Shown piece by piece: positions 15,528 to 24,365 of a stretch of 30,911 nucleotides of DNA. The notes beneath the pieces are model-generated. The model saw nothing but the letters and a program-made list of their open reading frames with translations. It searched no databases and was not told the origin of the DNA. Positions within the stretch are counted from its first letter, which is position 1. Each line of letters starts with the position of its first letter. A program made the translations under genes and the position numbers. This stretch comes from Methanobacteriota archaeon (GTDB lineage: Archaea; Hydrothermarchaeota; Hydrothermarchaeia; Hydrothermarchaeales; JACRDW01): contig JBDRDL010000032.1 in NCBI GenBank assembly GCA_043820925.1, positions 1 through 30,911 on the forward strand, read 5' to 3'.

Positions 15528-17239
15528 TTCAGCCAGTCTCTCTCCCAGAAGTAGTTCTGAATTCTTCCTCTTAGGAGTATTACACCTATCACGCCCATTA
15601 CTGCGAGTACGATCAGTACCTGTTTTAGAATGCCAGGTCCTCTGCCGAAAGGTGCCGACTTTTCCGGTACAAGCGGGTTTGGGTCTATTGAATCTATCAG
15701 CCCATCTCCATCTGTGTCTGGGTTATATGGATTCGTTTTGAGTATCCTTTCCTGCTCGTCCGTGAGTCCGTCTCCGTCAGAATCTACGGCAGATAAATTG
15801 CTCGGTTGTGAAACGGGATTGACAGTAATAACGACGGTGTCGCTTGCTGTAGCACTGGCGTCGTCTATGACTCTGAGCGTTACGTTGTGCGTGCCTACCG
15901 GGAACACTTTACTAAATGAGTGTCCTGAAATATTAGCATTTAGTATAATGTTGTTTTCTATCCAGAGGTATGCGATTATTTTGCTCCCTGAAGAACTTGG
16001 AGTCGCATTTGCGGTAAGAGTTACTGCTGTTCCCTCTGCAACTATTTGGTCAGGACCGGCATTGGCAGCAGCTTTGAGAATTTGAGGCAGGGGCAGTGGT
16101 GGCTGCGTAGTTATTGGCAGAGTGGGCTGTGAGGTGGTTGTGTCATTTAGCGCAACTTTAATAGCTCTTAGGTTGTAATCCGAATCGCTCGCAGCGACGA
16201 GTTCGCCTACTTTGCCGTCGCCATCTAAATCAACTGCAACCATTGCAGAAACTTCTCTCAGGGCATACTCCCCTATTTTCCTTCCATCCGCATTCAAAGC
16301 ATAAATCTTGCTTCCGCTTGCTATCGCCACGTCGTCCAGTATTCCGTCGCCGTCTAGGTCGATAGGAGCAATGCTCTCAGGCTCGAAGGTTCCTTCTGGT
16401 CCCTGCCAAATTTTCGTACCCTTTGAATCGAATGCGTACGGAAAACCCAAACTAAACACGACCTCGCTCAGCTTTCCGTCAGAGTTCAAATCCACTGCGT
16501 GCATTCTTATCCACGAGATTTCAATAGCTTTTGTAAAACTCCATTTTTTTGTTCCATAAGCATCGAAGGCGATTACACTTCCGTCGAAAGAGCCTACGAC
16601 AATACCGTCCAGGGTTCCATCCTCGTCCAAGTCTATCGCTGCCATTGCACCGACGTTTCCTGGAACGCTGCCGGTCCACAGCGCAGTACCATCGCTTCCT
16701 ATGCAGCGGACATTCTTACCGAATCCTGCAACAATGCATCTGTTGATAGCAGTCAAATGTCTGACTTGGCCGTCGGCAGTGCGCGTCCACAGCAATTTTC
16801 CAGCGGCATCGATTGCATAAATCTCTCCACTGCCTCCAACTATTACTTCATTAAGACACCCATCCAAATTCAGGTCTGCCGCAACTGCAGAGTATCCTAT
16901 CTTTTCAAGACGCCATCTCTCTGCTCCCGAAGAGTCAACAGCATATATTTTACTTGCAGCGATTATAGCTTCATTTAAGTATCCATCCGAATTCAGGTCT
17001 GCCGCAGCTATTGAATTGGCGCTACTCGCTTGGAATTGCCATCTATATCCAGAGGAATCAAAAGCACGTGTATTTAAATCTGTTCCAACTATTGCTCCGT
17101 CCAGCTTTCCATCCTTGTTGAAATCAATTGCACCCATCGCTGTGGCGCTGCCCAAGCTTTCAGTCCACAAAATTTCAAAACCCTCTGCGTGGACAATAGG
17201 CAGAACCAGGAGCACGATGCAAACTAAAGTCTTCTTCAT
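15524..17239 (-). CDS. Secreted, membrane-anchored beta-propeller protein (FG-GAP/PQQ-like repeats, PKD-like domain, Ca-binding repeats)
   Basis: Signal peptide; repeated DLxxDG and xDxxGxxxW; T/P linker; ANAGPDQ...TLRVID; DSDGDGLTD...DTDGDG; C-terminal TM helix. Confidence 0.85.
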   Translation of the reverse strand: MKKTLVCIVLLVLPIVHAEGFEILWTESLGSATAMGAIDFNKDGKLDGAIVGTDLNTRAFDSSGYRWQFQASSANSIAAADLNSDGYLNEAIIAASKIYAVDSSGAERWRLEKIGYSAVAADLNLDGCLNEVIVGGSGEIYAIDAAGKLLWTRTADGQVRHLTAINRCIVAGFGKNVRCIGSDGTALWTGSVPGNVGAMAAIDLDEDGTLDGIVVGSFDGSVIAFDAYGTKKWSFTKAIEISWIRMHAVDLNSDGKLSEVVFSLGFPYAFDSKGTKIWQGPEGTFEPESIAPIDLDGDGILDDVAIASGSKIYALNADGRKIGEYALREVSAMVAVDLDGDGKVGELVAASDSDYNLRAIKVALNDTTTSQPTLPITTQPPLPLPQILKAAANAGPDQIVAEGTAVTLTANATPSSSGSKIIAYLWIENNIILNANISGHSFSKVFPVGTHNVTLRVIDDASATASDTVVITVNPVSQPSNLSAVDSDGDGLTDEQERILKTNPYNPDTDGDGLIDSIDPNPLVPEKSAPFGRGPGILKQVLIVLAVMGVIGVILLRGRIQNYFWERDWLK

Positions 17240-17292
17240 TTTTCTCCTGCAATCTATATCTGTGCTGCATATAAAAAACTAACGAAAGGAAT

Positions 17293-17307
17293 AGAAAAGT
17301 TTAAATG
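17293..17307 (+). promoter_or_regulatory. BRE/TATA promoter of the rpl7ae operon
   Basis: AGAAAAG-TTTAAAT about 90 bp upstream of rpl7ae. Confidence 0.5.
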
Positions 17308-17396
17308 CCTGAAGAAAAACTCTAAAAGTGGATGCAGCAGTACCACAGGTAGTGCGAAGCTTCTTATATTAAACCGATGAATTAGGAGGTTTTATT

Positions 17397-17765
17397 ATGC
17401 CGAAGATGTACGTGAAATTTACTGTTCCGAAAGAGCTGGTTGAAAAAGCTTACGAGGCTCTTGAAGTTGCCAGGAGTACAGGAAAGTTGGGCAGAGGTAC
17501 TAACGAAGTTACAAAATTCGTGGAGCGAGCGCAGGCGGCGCTGGTTTTGATAGCAGAAGACGTCGAGCCAGAAGAAATAGTTGCTCACCTTCCGATGCTG
17601 TGCGAGGAGAAGAAGATTCCTTACATCTATGTTCCAAGCAAACAGGAACTGGGCAGGGCAAGCGGTTTAGAAGTTTCAACAGCTTCTGCATGCGTGGTAA
17701 CTTCTGGAAAGGCAAAGGAAATGATAGAGGAAATTGCAGAAAAATTAAAGGCTTTGAAGAAATGA
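17397..17765 (+). CDS. rpl7ae: 50S ribosomal protein L7Ae
   Basis: [26 protein letters not shown]. Confidence 0.97.
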   Translation: MPKMYVKFTVPKELVEKAYEALEVARSTGKLGRGTNEVTKFVERAQAALVLIAEDVEPEEIVAHLPMLCEEKKIPYIYVPSKQELGRASGLEVSTASACVVTSGKAKEMIEEIAEKLKALKK

Positions 17766-17787
17766 GTTTTCGACGAGGGTGACAAAA

Positions 17788-18009
17788 ATGCCGAAGGAAG
17801 AGGAAACCAAAGGTTTTCCAGCAGAGGTCGTTGAGGTCATAGGCAGAACTGGAATGACTGGCGAGATTCTCCAGGTTAAGTGCAGAATCTTAGATGGCAG
17901 GGACAAGGGAAGAGTCATTCGAAGGAACGTAAAAGGTCCAACAAGAGTCGGCGATATATTGATATTGATGGAAACTGAGAGAGAAGCCAAAGAATTAAGG
18001 GTGCCTTGA
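17788..18009 (+). CDS. rps28e: 30S ribosomal protein S28e
   Basis: [11 protein letters not shown]...RNVKGP...ETEREA; ATG 17788 follows a GAGGGTGA SD. Confidence 0.96.
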   Translation: MPKEEETKGFPAEVVEVIGRTGMTGEILQVKCRILDGRDKGRVIRRNVKGPTRVGDILILMETEREAKELRVP

Positions 18010-18119
18010 CTCAGCACTTCGCCCGAACTCGCTTCGCTCGTTCGTTCTCGTGCCGAGACCCAAGTGGGTCAAGACACGACGAGAAACGAGTGCAACGAGT
18101 TTCGAGGAGTGGATTGAAA
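18010..18119 (+). repeat. Hairpin-rich intergenic repeat, copy 1 (modules A-B-C)
   Basis: 18010-18061 matches 27910-27961 at 50/52; contains TGGGTCAAGACACGAC; ends GGAGTGGATTGAAA-ATG. Confidence 0.85.
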
Positions 18120-18293
18120 ATGGAAGTTTATGAATGTTCATTTTGCGGCAGGAAGATTGAAAGCGGCAGAGGAAAAATGTTTGTAAAGAAAGATGGCGCC
18201 GTGCTTTATTTCTGCGGCAGCAAGTGCGAAAAGAATTCATTGAAGTTGGGAAGAACTCCGAGAAAAGTTGGGTGGATAAGAAAGGCGAAGTAA
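18120..18293 (+). CDS. rpl24e: 50S ribosomal protein L24e
   Basis: [21 protein letters not shown]...FCGSKCEKN...RKVGW; start set at ATG 18120. Confidence 0.95.
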   Translation: MEVYECSFCGRKIESGRGKMFVKKDGAVLYFCGSKCEKNSLKLGRTPRKVGWIRKAK

Positions 18294-18296
18294 TTG

Positions 18297-18447
18297 TCAG
18301 CACTTCGTAGGCAAGCTTTTCACATTAGTCGAAACGAATGCCTACTCGTGCCGACGCCCCTCTAGTTACACTTGCGGTAGCAAGTGGCATAATGGGTCAA
18401 GACACGACTGAGCGAAGAACGAAGTTCGAGCGAAGGAGTGGATTGAA
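18297..18447 (+). repeat. Hairpin-rich intergenic repeat, copy 2
   Basis: TCAGCACTTCG...CTCGTGCCGA module A ends; 18383-18408 is the exact reverse complement of 27970-27995; ends GGAGTGGATTGAA-ATG. Confidence 0.85.
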
Positions 18448-18858
18448 ATGGAACGAAGCTTTTTCATGGTCAAGCCAGACGGCGTCGAGAGGGGCTTAAT
18501 CGGGGAAATTATTTCCAGGATCGAAAAAAAAGGACTTAGAATAGTTGCCATGGAGATGCTCCGTGTGGACAAGGCTCTGGCGAGAAAGCATTACGCCGAA
18601 CATAAGGGAAAGCCTTTTTTCGAGGATTTAGTGGCATATATAACCTCTGGACCCTGCGTTGCGATGGTCGTTGAGGGAGAGAATGCAATTAATATTCTGC
18701 GAGAAATGATTGGCAAGACTAATCCAAAGGAAGCTGCAGCCGGAACGATTAGAGGAGACTTCGGCATAGACGTAAGGCGCAACGTTGTTCATGCCTCAGA
18801 TTCTCAAGAGTCCGCAAAAAGAGAAATTGCCCTGTTTTTCAGAGGAAGTACAGGATAG
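18448..18858 (+). CDS. ndk: Nucleoside diphosphate kinase
   Basis: [34 protein letters not shown]. Confidence 0.97.
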   Translation: MERSFFMVKPDGVERGLIGEIISRIEKKGLRIVAMEMLRVDKALARKHYAEHKGKPFFEDLVAYITSGPCVAMVVEGENAINILREMIGKTNPKEAAAGTIRGDFGIDVRRNVVHASDSQESAKREIALFFRGSTG

Positions 18859-20029
18859 TTGGTATTACTAGCACTGCCATGCAGTTAGAGCGCTTTACTC
18901 CAGCGAGATGGGCTGTAAATCCAATTGCAGTTGCAGTGGCTGCGATTAGCACACCTCTCACCCCGGTTAGCGCAAAAATCAAAGCAAACAGGAAAAGCAA
19001 GACTAATTTAGAAAACTTCGCATAGTCTATTTCTTGAACTTTTCGGAGCGAGATTTTGGCTATTGTTAAAGTAGCGAACGTTGCGAAAAATGCAGCAGCA
19101 AGCACTATGGAAGCCATAAAGAGGAAGTCATAGAGTGTGAAATCCGTCATTATATGCTCGACTGCTATGGAAGCGCCGCTCCTTGGATTGCCAATTAGAT
19201 ACAGGGCGAAAAGAGCGTAAATAGCGTCCGAGGTATTCACACCTCCGAGGGCGACGAGAAATGCCTTTTCATCTTTGGTTTTGAAAACGTTCTGGATTAT
19301 CAGTGCGCTCTGCGAGGAGCCTATGCTCGGAAGGAGACCTGTGAGCATTCCTCCCAATGTGCCGATTGCAACTCCACCTGGATAGTAACCCTCAGAGCTG
19401 CGAATCTCCTGCCTTGGAATCTTCACTTGCGCAGCAAGGGAAGTAAGCAGAGTGCTCATTCCGAACAGTCCGGTTAGCGTCGGGAAAAGGGCATACTTCG
19501 GCGGGAGAATCTCGTAATTGAGAATCAGAAATCCAAGGATTCCGGAGCAGGCAATAACCAGCGCAGCGAGAAATCTTTCTCTTTCAGAGTATATCATGTA
19601 AATCAGAACGCATGCAAGTAAATAGGGCAGAACCTCTCTAACATGAGAATAAAAAATCGGGAGAAGTTTAACTCCAGCAGGCAGCGTTGCGATGCTCAGT
19701 ATTATTGCGCCCAAGCCGCCGATTACAGTTAATTGAATTGCCTCATAGCCGTGACCCTGAAGCAGCAGCCTGTGCCCCGGCAAAACCGAGAGGACGTTAT
19801 CCTCCTGCGGTGCGCCGATTAAAATTGCAGGTATGAAGTTCACAAATGAATGCACAACGCTCATAGAAATTATCAGAGATGCTATCTCGTAGGCAGAAAA
19901 ATGCTCAAGTAAAAAGGGCAGTGCAGATATTATCAATATAACAATGGTATTTACGTGAATGCCGGGAACCATGCCTGTGAACACTCCAAAAAACATTCCA
20001 ATTATGGCAAAGGCGAGGATTTCCAGCAT
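18839..20029 (-). CDS. TctA-family (tripartite tricarboxylate transporter permease-like) membrane protein
   Basis: [29 protein letters not shown]; many TM segments. Confidence 0.85.
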   Translation of the reverse strand: MLEILAFAIIGMFFGVFTGMVPGIHVNTIVILIISALPFLLEHFSAYEIASLIISMSVVHSFVNFIPAILIGAPQEDNVLSVLPGHRLLLQGHGYEAIQLTVIGGLGAIILSIATLPAGVKLLPIFYSHVREVLPYLLACVLIYMIYSERERFLAALVIACSGILGFLILNYEILPPKYALFPTLTGLFGMSTLLTSLAAQVKIPRQEIRSSEGYYPGGVAIGTLGGMLTGLLPSIGSSQSALIIQNVFKTKDEKAFLVALGGVNTSDAIYALFALYLIGNPRSGASIAVEHIMTDFTLYDFLFMASIVLAAAFFATFATLTIAKISLRKVQEIDYAKFSKLVLLFLFALIFALTGVRGVLIAATATAIGFTAHLAGVKRSNCMAVLVIPTILYFL

Positions 20030-20394
20030 CTTACATCATTTCCTCCTCTCGGGATTACTTCCAAGCTACCTCGATACTCCTCAACCTTTCCGACAGCTCT
20101 GATATTGCTTCCCACCTGAATGCAGCTTGCGTCTAACTGCTCAGATGTGCCGCTGAACAGAACAACCGATATTTTCCCTGTGCCGTCTGAAATTTTCAGG
20201 AATATGTGTCCGTCTTTATGAACGCTCTTGGAGACTATCTGACCCTCCACGATTACCTTGCTCCCGGCTGTGTCGTAATCTATCTCAGATATTTTAACCA
20301 CCACCGGCTGGGAGTGCGCAGCAACAAAATAAAGCAGGACTAAACCAAATACAGAGACCAGAAATGAGATTTTCAACAGCTGTGCATCTCTCAT
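20002..20394 (-). CDS. Membrane-anchored OB-fold protein
   Basis: N-terminal TM helix; GHIFLKISDGTGKI, GKVEEYRGSLEV. Confidence 0.82.
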   Translation of the reverse strand: MRDAQLLKISFLVSVFGLVLLYFVAAHSQPVVVKISEIDYDTAGSKVIVEGQIVSKSVHKDGHIFLKISDGTGKISVVLFSGTSEQLDASCIQVGSNIRAVGKVEEYRGSLEVIPRGGNDVRCWKSSPLP

Positions 20395-20404
20395 TTAATC
20401 ACCT

Positions 20405-20551
20405 CGCAACCTTCTGAAAGGTTGACCATCATACGTCGTGCTATTTCGCTTCGCTCAATAGCACATAGTTCTTTTGGTAAAAGTTTCGTCAAAAACCTAT
20501 GACGTTGCTCTCGGGTTTTTGGGGTGATAGACCTTTTTCCAAAAAGGGTTA
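20405..20551. mobile_element. 147-bp hairpin-rich insertion flanked by 14-bp direct repeats
   Basis: TCATTTAATCACCT at 20391-20404 and 20552-20565; several internal inverted repeats. Confidence 0.7.
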
Positions 20552-20944
20552 TCATTTAATCACCTTTTCCAGAGCCTCTGCCAATGCTGGCACAGTTTTG
20601 TACTTGGTTATCTCTCTTGGGGCAATCCACTTGAAGGTTTCATGCTCCCAGTCCAAATTCAGCGAGGAGCTTTGGACATCGAACAGAAATGGATGCACTA
20701 TCCAGGTTTTTCCCTCGTCTACCACAGAAAAATATTTCCCCTCCTTTTGCACGATTATTTTCCTTGCACCTGTTTCTTCTCGCACTTCCCTCCTTGCAGC
20801 GTCCAGCGGAGTTTCGTTCTCTCCTATAAAACCGCTTATTCCTGCCCAGCGCCCGGGATAGCTCCCAACCTTCTGACTTCTTTTCAGTATCAGGATTTTT
20901 TTGTTGTGCCTCAAAAACACCGTAACAACTTTTCTCGCAAGCAT
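20552..20944 (-). CDS. NUDIX hydrolase
   Basis: G...ETPLDAARREVREETG Nudix box; LDWEH. Confidence 0.92.
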   Translation of the reverse strand: MLARKVVTVFLRHNKKILILKRSQKVGSYPGRWAGISGFIGENETPLDAARREVREETGARKIIVQKEGKYFSVVDEGKTWIVHPFLFDVQSSSLNLDWEHETFKWIAPREITKYKTVPALAEALEKVIK

Positions 20945-20970
20945 GCTCTAACTTCCAAACTTTAATATAA

Positions 20971-21813
20971 TTAGGTTTTGGTTGCGTTTGCAAGTATTTG
21001 CGCCAGAGCAGCTGTGGCATTTGCAGTAGCATTTTCTATCCCCTCTCCGCCAGATTTTGAAATTCTGTAGTAAGCTGTGCAAACGATTATCGCAGCAATT
21101 ATTATCCCAATTGCAAGGAGGAGATACTCGACTGCGCTTTGGGCTTCTTCCTTTTTCAAAATGATGCCTGCGATTTTGCTTCCCCTCAAATTCAGGAAGC
21201 TCTTTTTAGTCTCGAGTTTTACCACGTCGCCCTTTTTCGCATTCACAGTATTTTTGAAGGCAGCGATACAGGGCTTGATGCTGGCACGAATGTCGTAATT
21301 TACCTTGATTTTAAGTGTTTCGCCGTCCTCTATTACTCTTCCGAAAGTATATTCCCGTCCATACTTCCTCTTAAACAAAAATGAGAGCGCAGCTATGTAC
21401 ATAATCGAGAATACGACCAAATGCAGGTTCGGGAATGCTGCACCGAACACAGGCTTAACAGCCTTTATCAAAACGAGAGCTACCGAGATGCCCAGATATG
21501 CAGCAAAGAAATCCCTGTACGCTTTGAAATCCTGCTCAAAATATTCTCTGAGCGAGCTTATTAGAAGTAAAGAGCCTCCTCCAGAAATCACTGCAAGAGC
21601 AAGAAAAACTTTCGGACCAAAAAAGCCGAAGATAAACAGAACCGACGATACAAGAAATACCAGGCTTGCGAGCTGGGTTTTTAGAACGGCGTAATCTTTC
21701 GGCTCCACTCCTCGCCTCTCGAAGAGAGGATAAAACTTAATTCGCTGCATCGCTTTTGCGATTCTTGCCGCAGCATTTATCGTTGCTTCACCAATTTCTT
21801 CGAGGAGGCTCAT
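20971..21813 (-). CDS. DUF2101-like membrane protein with a C-terminal class III signal-peptide/pilin-like segment
   Basis: FKAYRDFF, KYGREYTFGRV, VNYDIRASIKP; tail EEAQSAVEYLLL followed by a hydrophobic helix. Confidence 0.65.
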   Translation of the reverse strand: MSLLEEIGEATINAAARIAKAMQRIKFYPLFERRGVEPKDYAVLKTQLASLVFLVSSVLFIFGFFGPKVFLALAVISGGGSLLLISSLREYFEQDFKAYRDFFAAYLGISVALVLIKAVKPVFGAAFPNLHLVVFSIMYIAALSFLFKRKYGREYTFGRVIEDGETLKIKVNYDIRASIKPCIAAFKNTVNAKKGDVVKLETKKSFLNLRGSKIAGIILKKEEAQSAVEYLLLAIGIIIAAIIVCTAYYRISKSGGEGIENATANATAALAQILANATKT

Positions 21814-21822
21814 TTAATCACT

Positions 21823-22788
21823 TTAAACCGCTTCCATCGTGGAGGGCGGCTTGGGCGTTATATTGTAGGTTACGCTTACAACGCCCGGTACTTCGCTTGT
21901 GATTCTTTCAGCCAGTTTTGTCAACGTTTTAAATGGAAGTCTTGCAGGCATAGCGGTTCTTGCATCAACGCTTTCCCAGCAACGAACCTCTATCTGTAAG
22001 CCGAATTCCCTCTTTCCCTCTCTCATTCCTGTAACCCTGTCTTTATGCAGGATTGCCATATACTGAAAGGCTCCAGAACCTGCGAGTTCTTCTTCGACGA
22101 TTGCTGTTGCCTTCCTGACAATCTCAATCCTTTCCGGCGTTACCTCTCCTATTATCCTTCCAGCAAGAGCAGGTCCTAGGAAGGGCATCCTGCCGTACAC
22201 TTTCCTGGGCAAACCCAGCGCTTTCGCAACCTTTCTAACGCCGTCCTTTCTCAGCTGTATAAGTGGTTCGATGACATGATAGCCGAACTCTTTCTCAGTG
22301 TCTATGCCAAGCTGCGTTAGAATGTTGTGCTGTCTTTTTATCCCCGCAACAGTCTCATCGACATCTGTCAATATCGTCCCGTGCATCAGATACTTTGCCC
22401 CAGTCTCTCTGACAAGTTTGCCGAAAACGTCCCTGTAAAAAGTTTGGGTGATTGCCTCCCTTTTCTCCTCCGGGTCCTCGATTCCCTTTAAGGCATTGAA
22501 GAATACTTCCCTGGCATCTACAAGATTAACTCTGACTCCGAGCTTTGTAAACAGGTCAACGACGCTCTGCGGCTCACCCTCTCTCATCAGCCCGTGGTCT
22601 ATGAAATAGGTTTTGAGTCTCTCTCCAAGCGCTTTATGCCCGAGCATAGTAACAGTCGAGGAGTCCACTCCGCCAGACAGGGCGTTGATGGCTATGCCAT
22701 TTCCAACTATGTCAGAAATCTCCTTTATCTTTTCAGATATAAACGCCTTGGGCTTTAACTTACCTGCTCTGATTTCTTTAATTGTCAT
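21823..22788 (-). CDS. guaAB: GMP synthase subunit B-like ATP pyrophosphatase (divergent)
   Basis: ALSGGVDS, DHGLMREGE, DPEEKRE, ITPKPPSTME; start moved to ATG 22788. Confidence 0.75.
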   Translation of the reverse strand: MTIKEIRAGKLKPKAFISEKIKEISDIVGNGIAINALSGGVDSSTVTMLGHKALGERLKTYFIDHGLMREGEPQSVVDLFTKLGVRVNLVDAREVFFNALKGIEDPEEKREAITQTFYRDVFGKLVRETGAKYLMHGTILTDVDETVAGIKRQHNILTQLGIDTEKEFGYHVIEPLIQLRKDGVRKVAKALGLPRKVYGRMPFLGPALAGRIIGEVTPERIEIVRKATAIVEEELAGSGAFQYMAILHKDRVTGMREGKREFGLQIEVRCWESVDARTAMPARLPFKTLTKLAERITSEVPGVVSVTYNITPKPPSTMEAV

Positions 22789-22855
22789 AGAAGCACACAT
22801 CAACATCCTAAGTATAAAAAAATATCGATTCCACGTTAAACATCCAATAGTTGGT

Positions 22856-23644
22856 ATGCTCGTCAGGAAAATCGACTGCAAAACTGCTCTGAGTTCCTCG
22901 CACTTGCCGGGATACGACTATGCTCTCAATCCGTACCGGGGATGCGGACACGCATGCATTTACTGCTATGCCCCCGCTGTCCTGAGGGAGCGCAGGGAAT
23001 GGGGGAGCTTCGTTGACGTAAAAATTAACATGCCTTTAGTTCTGGCGAGGGAGCTCAGGAAGAGAGAGAAGGGAGTAGTTGGGATTTCAACGGTTACGGA
23101 CGCCTATCAGCCAGTGGAAAAAAAATACGAGCTCACGAGGCGCTGCCTGGAGCAGCTGCTCAAAAGAGATTTTCCAATTTGCATTCAGACCAAGTCTTCT
23201 CTGGTGCTTCGGGACTTGGATTTAATTGAGAGATTTTCCCAGAAAGAAGTAGGATTTACGATAACAACAATCGACGATGAGGCAAGGAAAAAATATGAGC
23301 CGTACTCTTCGCCCGCTGGAGAAAGAATCACAGCCCTCGAAGAACTTGCAAGCAATGGTATTAAAACCTGGGTTTTCATAGGACCGATAATGCCATTTAT
23401 TACCGAGAAAAATCTTGATAGTTTTATCAAAGAGCTCGCCAGAGTAAAGGTTGGCTATGTGCTTGCGGACAGGCTGAGAATGAAGCCTGGGCTGGAAGAA
23501 AAAATGAGAAAATTTTTCTCGACGCATTATCCTGAGTTAGCGAGCAAATACTCAGGAATAAATGAAGAGTATTTTCAAGGAGTAAAAAATAAGATCATTG
23601 AGCTGTGCAAAAAACGTGGAATAAAATGCGATGGAGCTATGTAG
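22856..23644 (+). CDS. SPL-like radical SAM protein
   Basis: NPYRGCGHACIYCYA, TDAYQPVE, QTKSSLVLRD; start moved to ATG 22856. Confidence 0.88.
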   Translation: MLVRKIDCKTALSSSHLPGYDYALNPYRGCGHACIYCYAPAVLRERREWGSFVDVKINMPLVLARELRKREKGVVGISTVTDAYQPVEKKYELTRRCLEQLLKRDFPICIQTKSSLVLRDLDLIERFSQKEVGFTITTIDDEARKKYEPYSSPAGERITALEELASNGIKTWVFIGPIMPFITEKNLDSFIKELARVKVGYVLADRLRMKPGLEEKMRKFFSTHYPELASKYSGINEEYFQGVKNKIIELCKKRGIKCDGAM

Positions 23645-23741
23645 TATACTCCGCATTTATTTTTATGTAGTCGTGGGTTAGGTCGCATCCAAAAGCTGTT
23701 GCGCTTTCGCTGCCTGCGTGCAGGTCCAGGAGCACTTTTAT
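23637..23741 (-). pseudogene. Displaced second copy of the argJ 3' end (34 codons plus stop)
   Basis: Translates IKVLLDLHAGSESATAFGCDLTHDYIKINAEYTT*, 26/34 identical to the ArgJ C-terminus; 42/44-nt core match. Confidence 0.92.
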
Positions 23742-23745
23742 TTAA

Positions 23746-24054
23746 TCAAACCCTCGCAATAACTCCTTCCTTCGTGAGCTCCAGCTTCATTTCTTCTCCC
23801 TCTTTCAGGGCGAGGAGCTCCCGCAGCACGGAGGGAATCGAGATTACAAGGGAGTTCCCGATTTTCCTGACCTTTACTTTCAGCTTTCCCTCTTTCCTGA
23901 GCTTCGCATACTTGAGGTACAAATTAGCCTGGTATGGGTCAACCATCTCCTCTTTGCACTTGCTGCATCTCCACCCGGAAAATGCTAAATCCTTATACTC
24001 TATATCGCTCACTCTCTTTGCGGTGCCTCCGCAGCTGCACTTTAGTTCTACCAT
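23746..24054 (-). CDS. Putative antitoxin: Zn-ribbon plus AbrB/MazE domain
   Basis: CSCGG...CSKCKEE and KVRKIGNSLVISIP; ATG 24054 follows a GGAGGT SD. Confidence 0.8.
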   Translation of the reverse strand: MVELKCSCGGTAKRVSDIEYKDLAFSGWRCSKCKEEMVDPYQANLYLKYAKLRKEGKLKVKVRKIGNSLVISIPSVLRELLALKEGEEMKLELTKEGVIARV

Positions 24055-24055
24055 G

Positions 24056-24325
24056 TTAAAACCTCCGTTTGAAGCTACCCACATGCTTCAATTTCCAGTA
24101 ATCCCACATGTTTTCCACAACCACTTTTATTATCGTCTTTTTTCTCTGGATGCATTTTTCCTCTATGTTTTCTTCTCTGGCCGAGCGAGAGCAGTCGAAG
24201 CCTCTCTCCAGAATCTCAATAACATCATCAAGGTCTAGGCATTCTTCTTCGAGTTCTTGGAGTGTTCGCTTACTCGGCATTACGGGTTTTCCTTTATATT
24301 TTGGGTATATACTTGGAAATTCCAT
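24056..24325 (-). CDS. Putative toxin (DUF4258/RelE-like fold)
   Basis: Small ORF upstream of a Zn-ribbon antitoxin (mqsRA-like order); LDDVIEILERG...IIKVVV pattern; start may be 24337. Confidence 0.55.
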   Translation of the reverse strand: MEFPSIYPKYKGKPVMPSKRTLQELEEECLDLDDVIEILERGFDCSRSAREENIEEKCIQRKKTIIKVVVENMWDYWKLKHVGSFKRRF

Positions 24326-24365
24326 TAGATACACCAATATTTAACAAGCGTATATACTATTGTAA

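Noticed and set aside
18006..18075. TTGAC/GTCAAG words suggesting IS200/IS605 ends
   Set aside because: No tnpA or tnpB in the window and the motif is not consistently placed in the other copies
18006..18119. Long N-termini given by the ORF track for rpl24e, trpG, guaAB, the SPL-like gene and the BofA-like gene
   Set aside because: Family homology begins at downstream ATGs; the extensions are repeat-derived or overlap divergent genes (the rpl24e and trpG cases are kept only as a hypothesis)
18100..18450. GTGGATTGAAA ends resemble the 3' end of type I-C CRISPR repeats
   Set aside because: No regular repeat-spacer periodicity and no cas genes; the motif sits at SD/start positions
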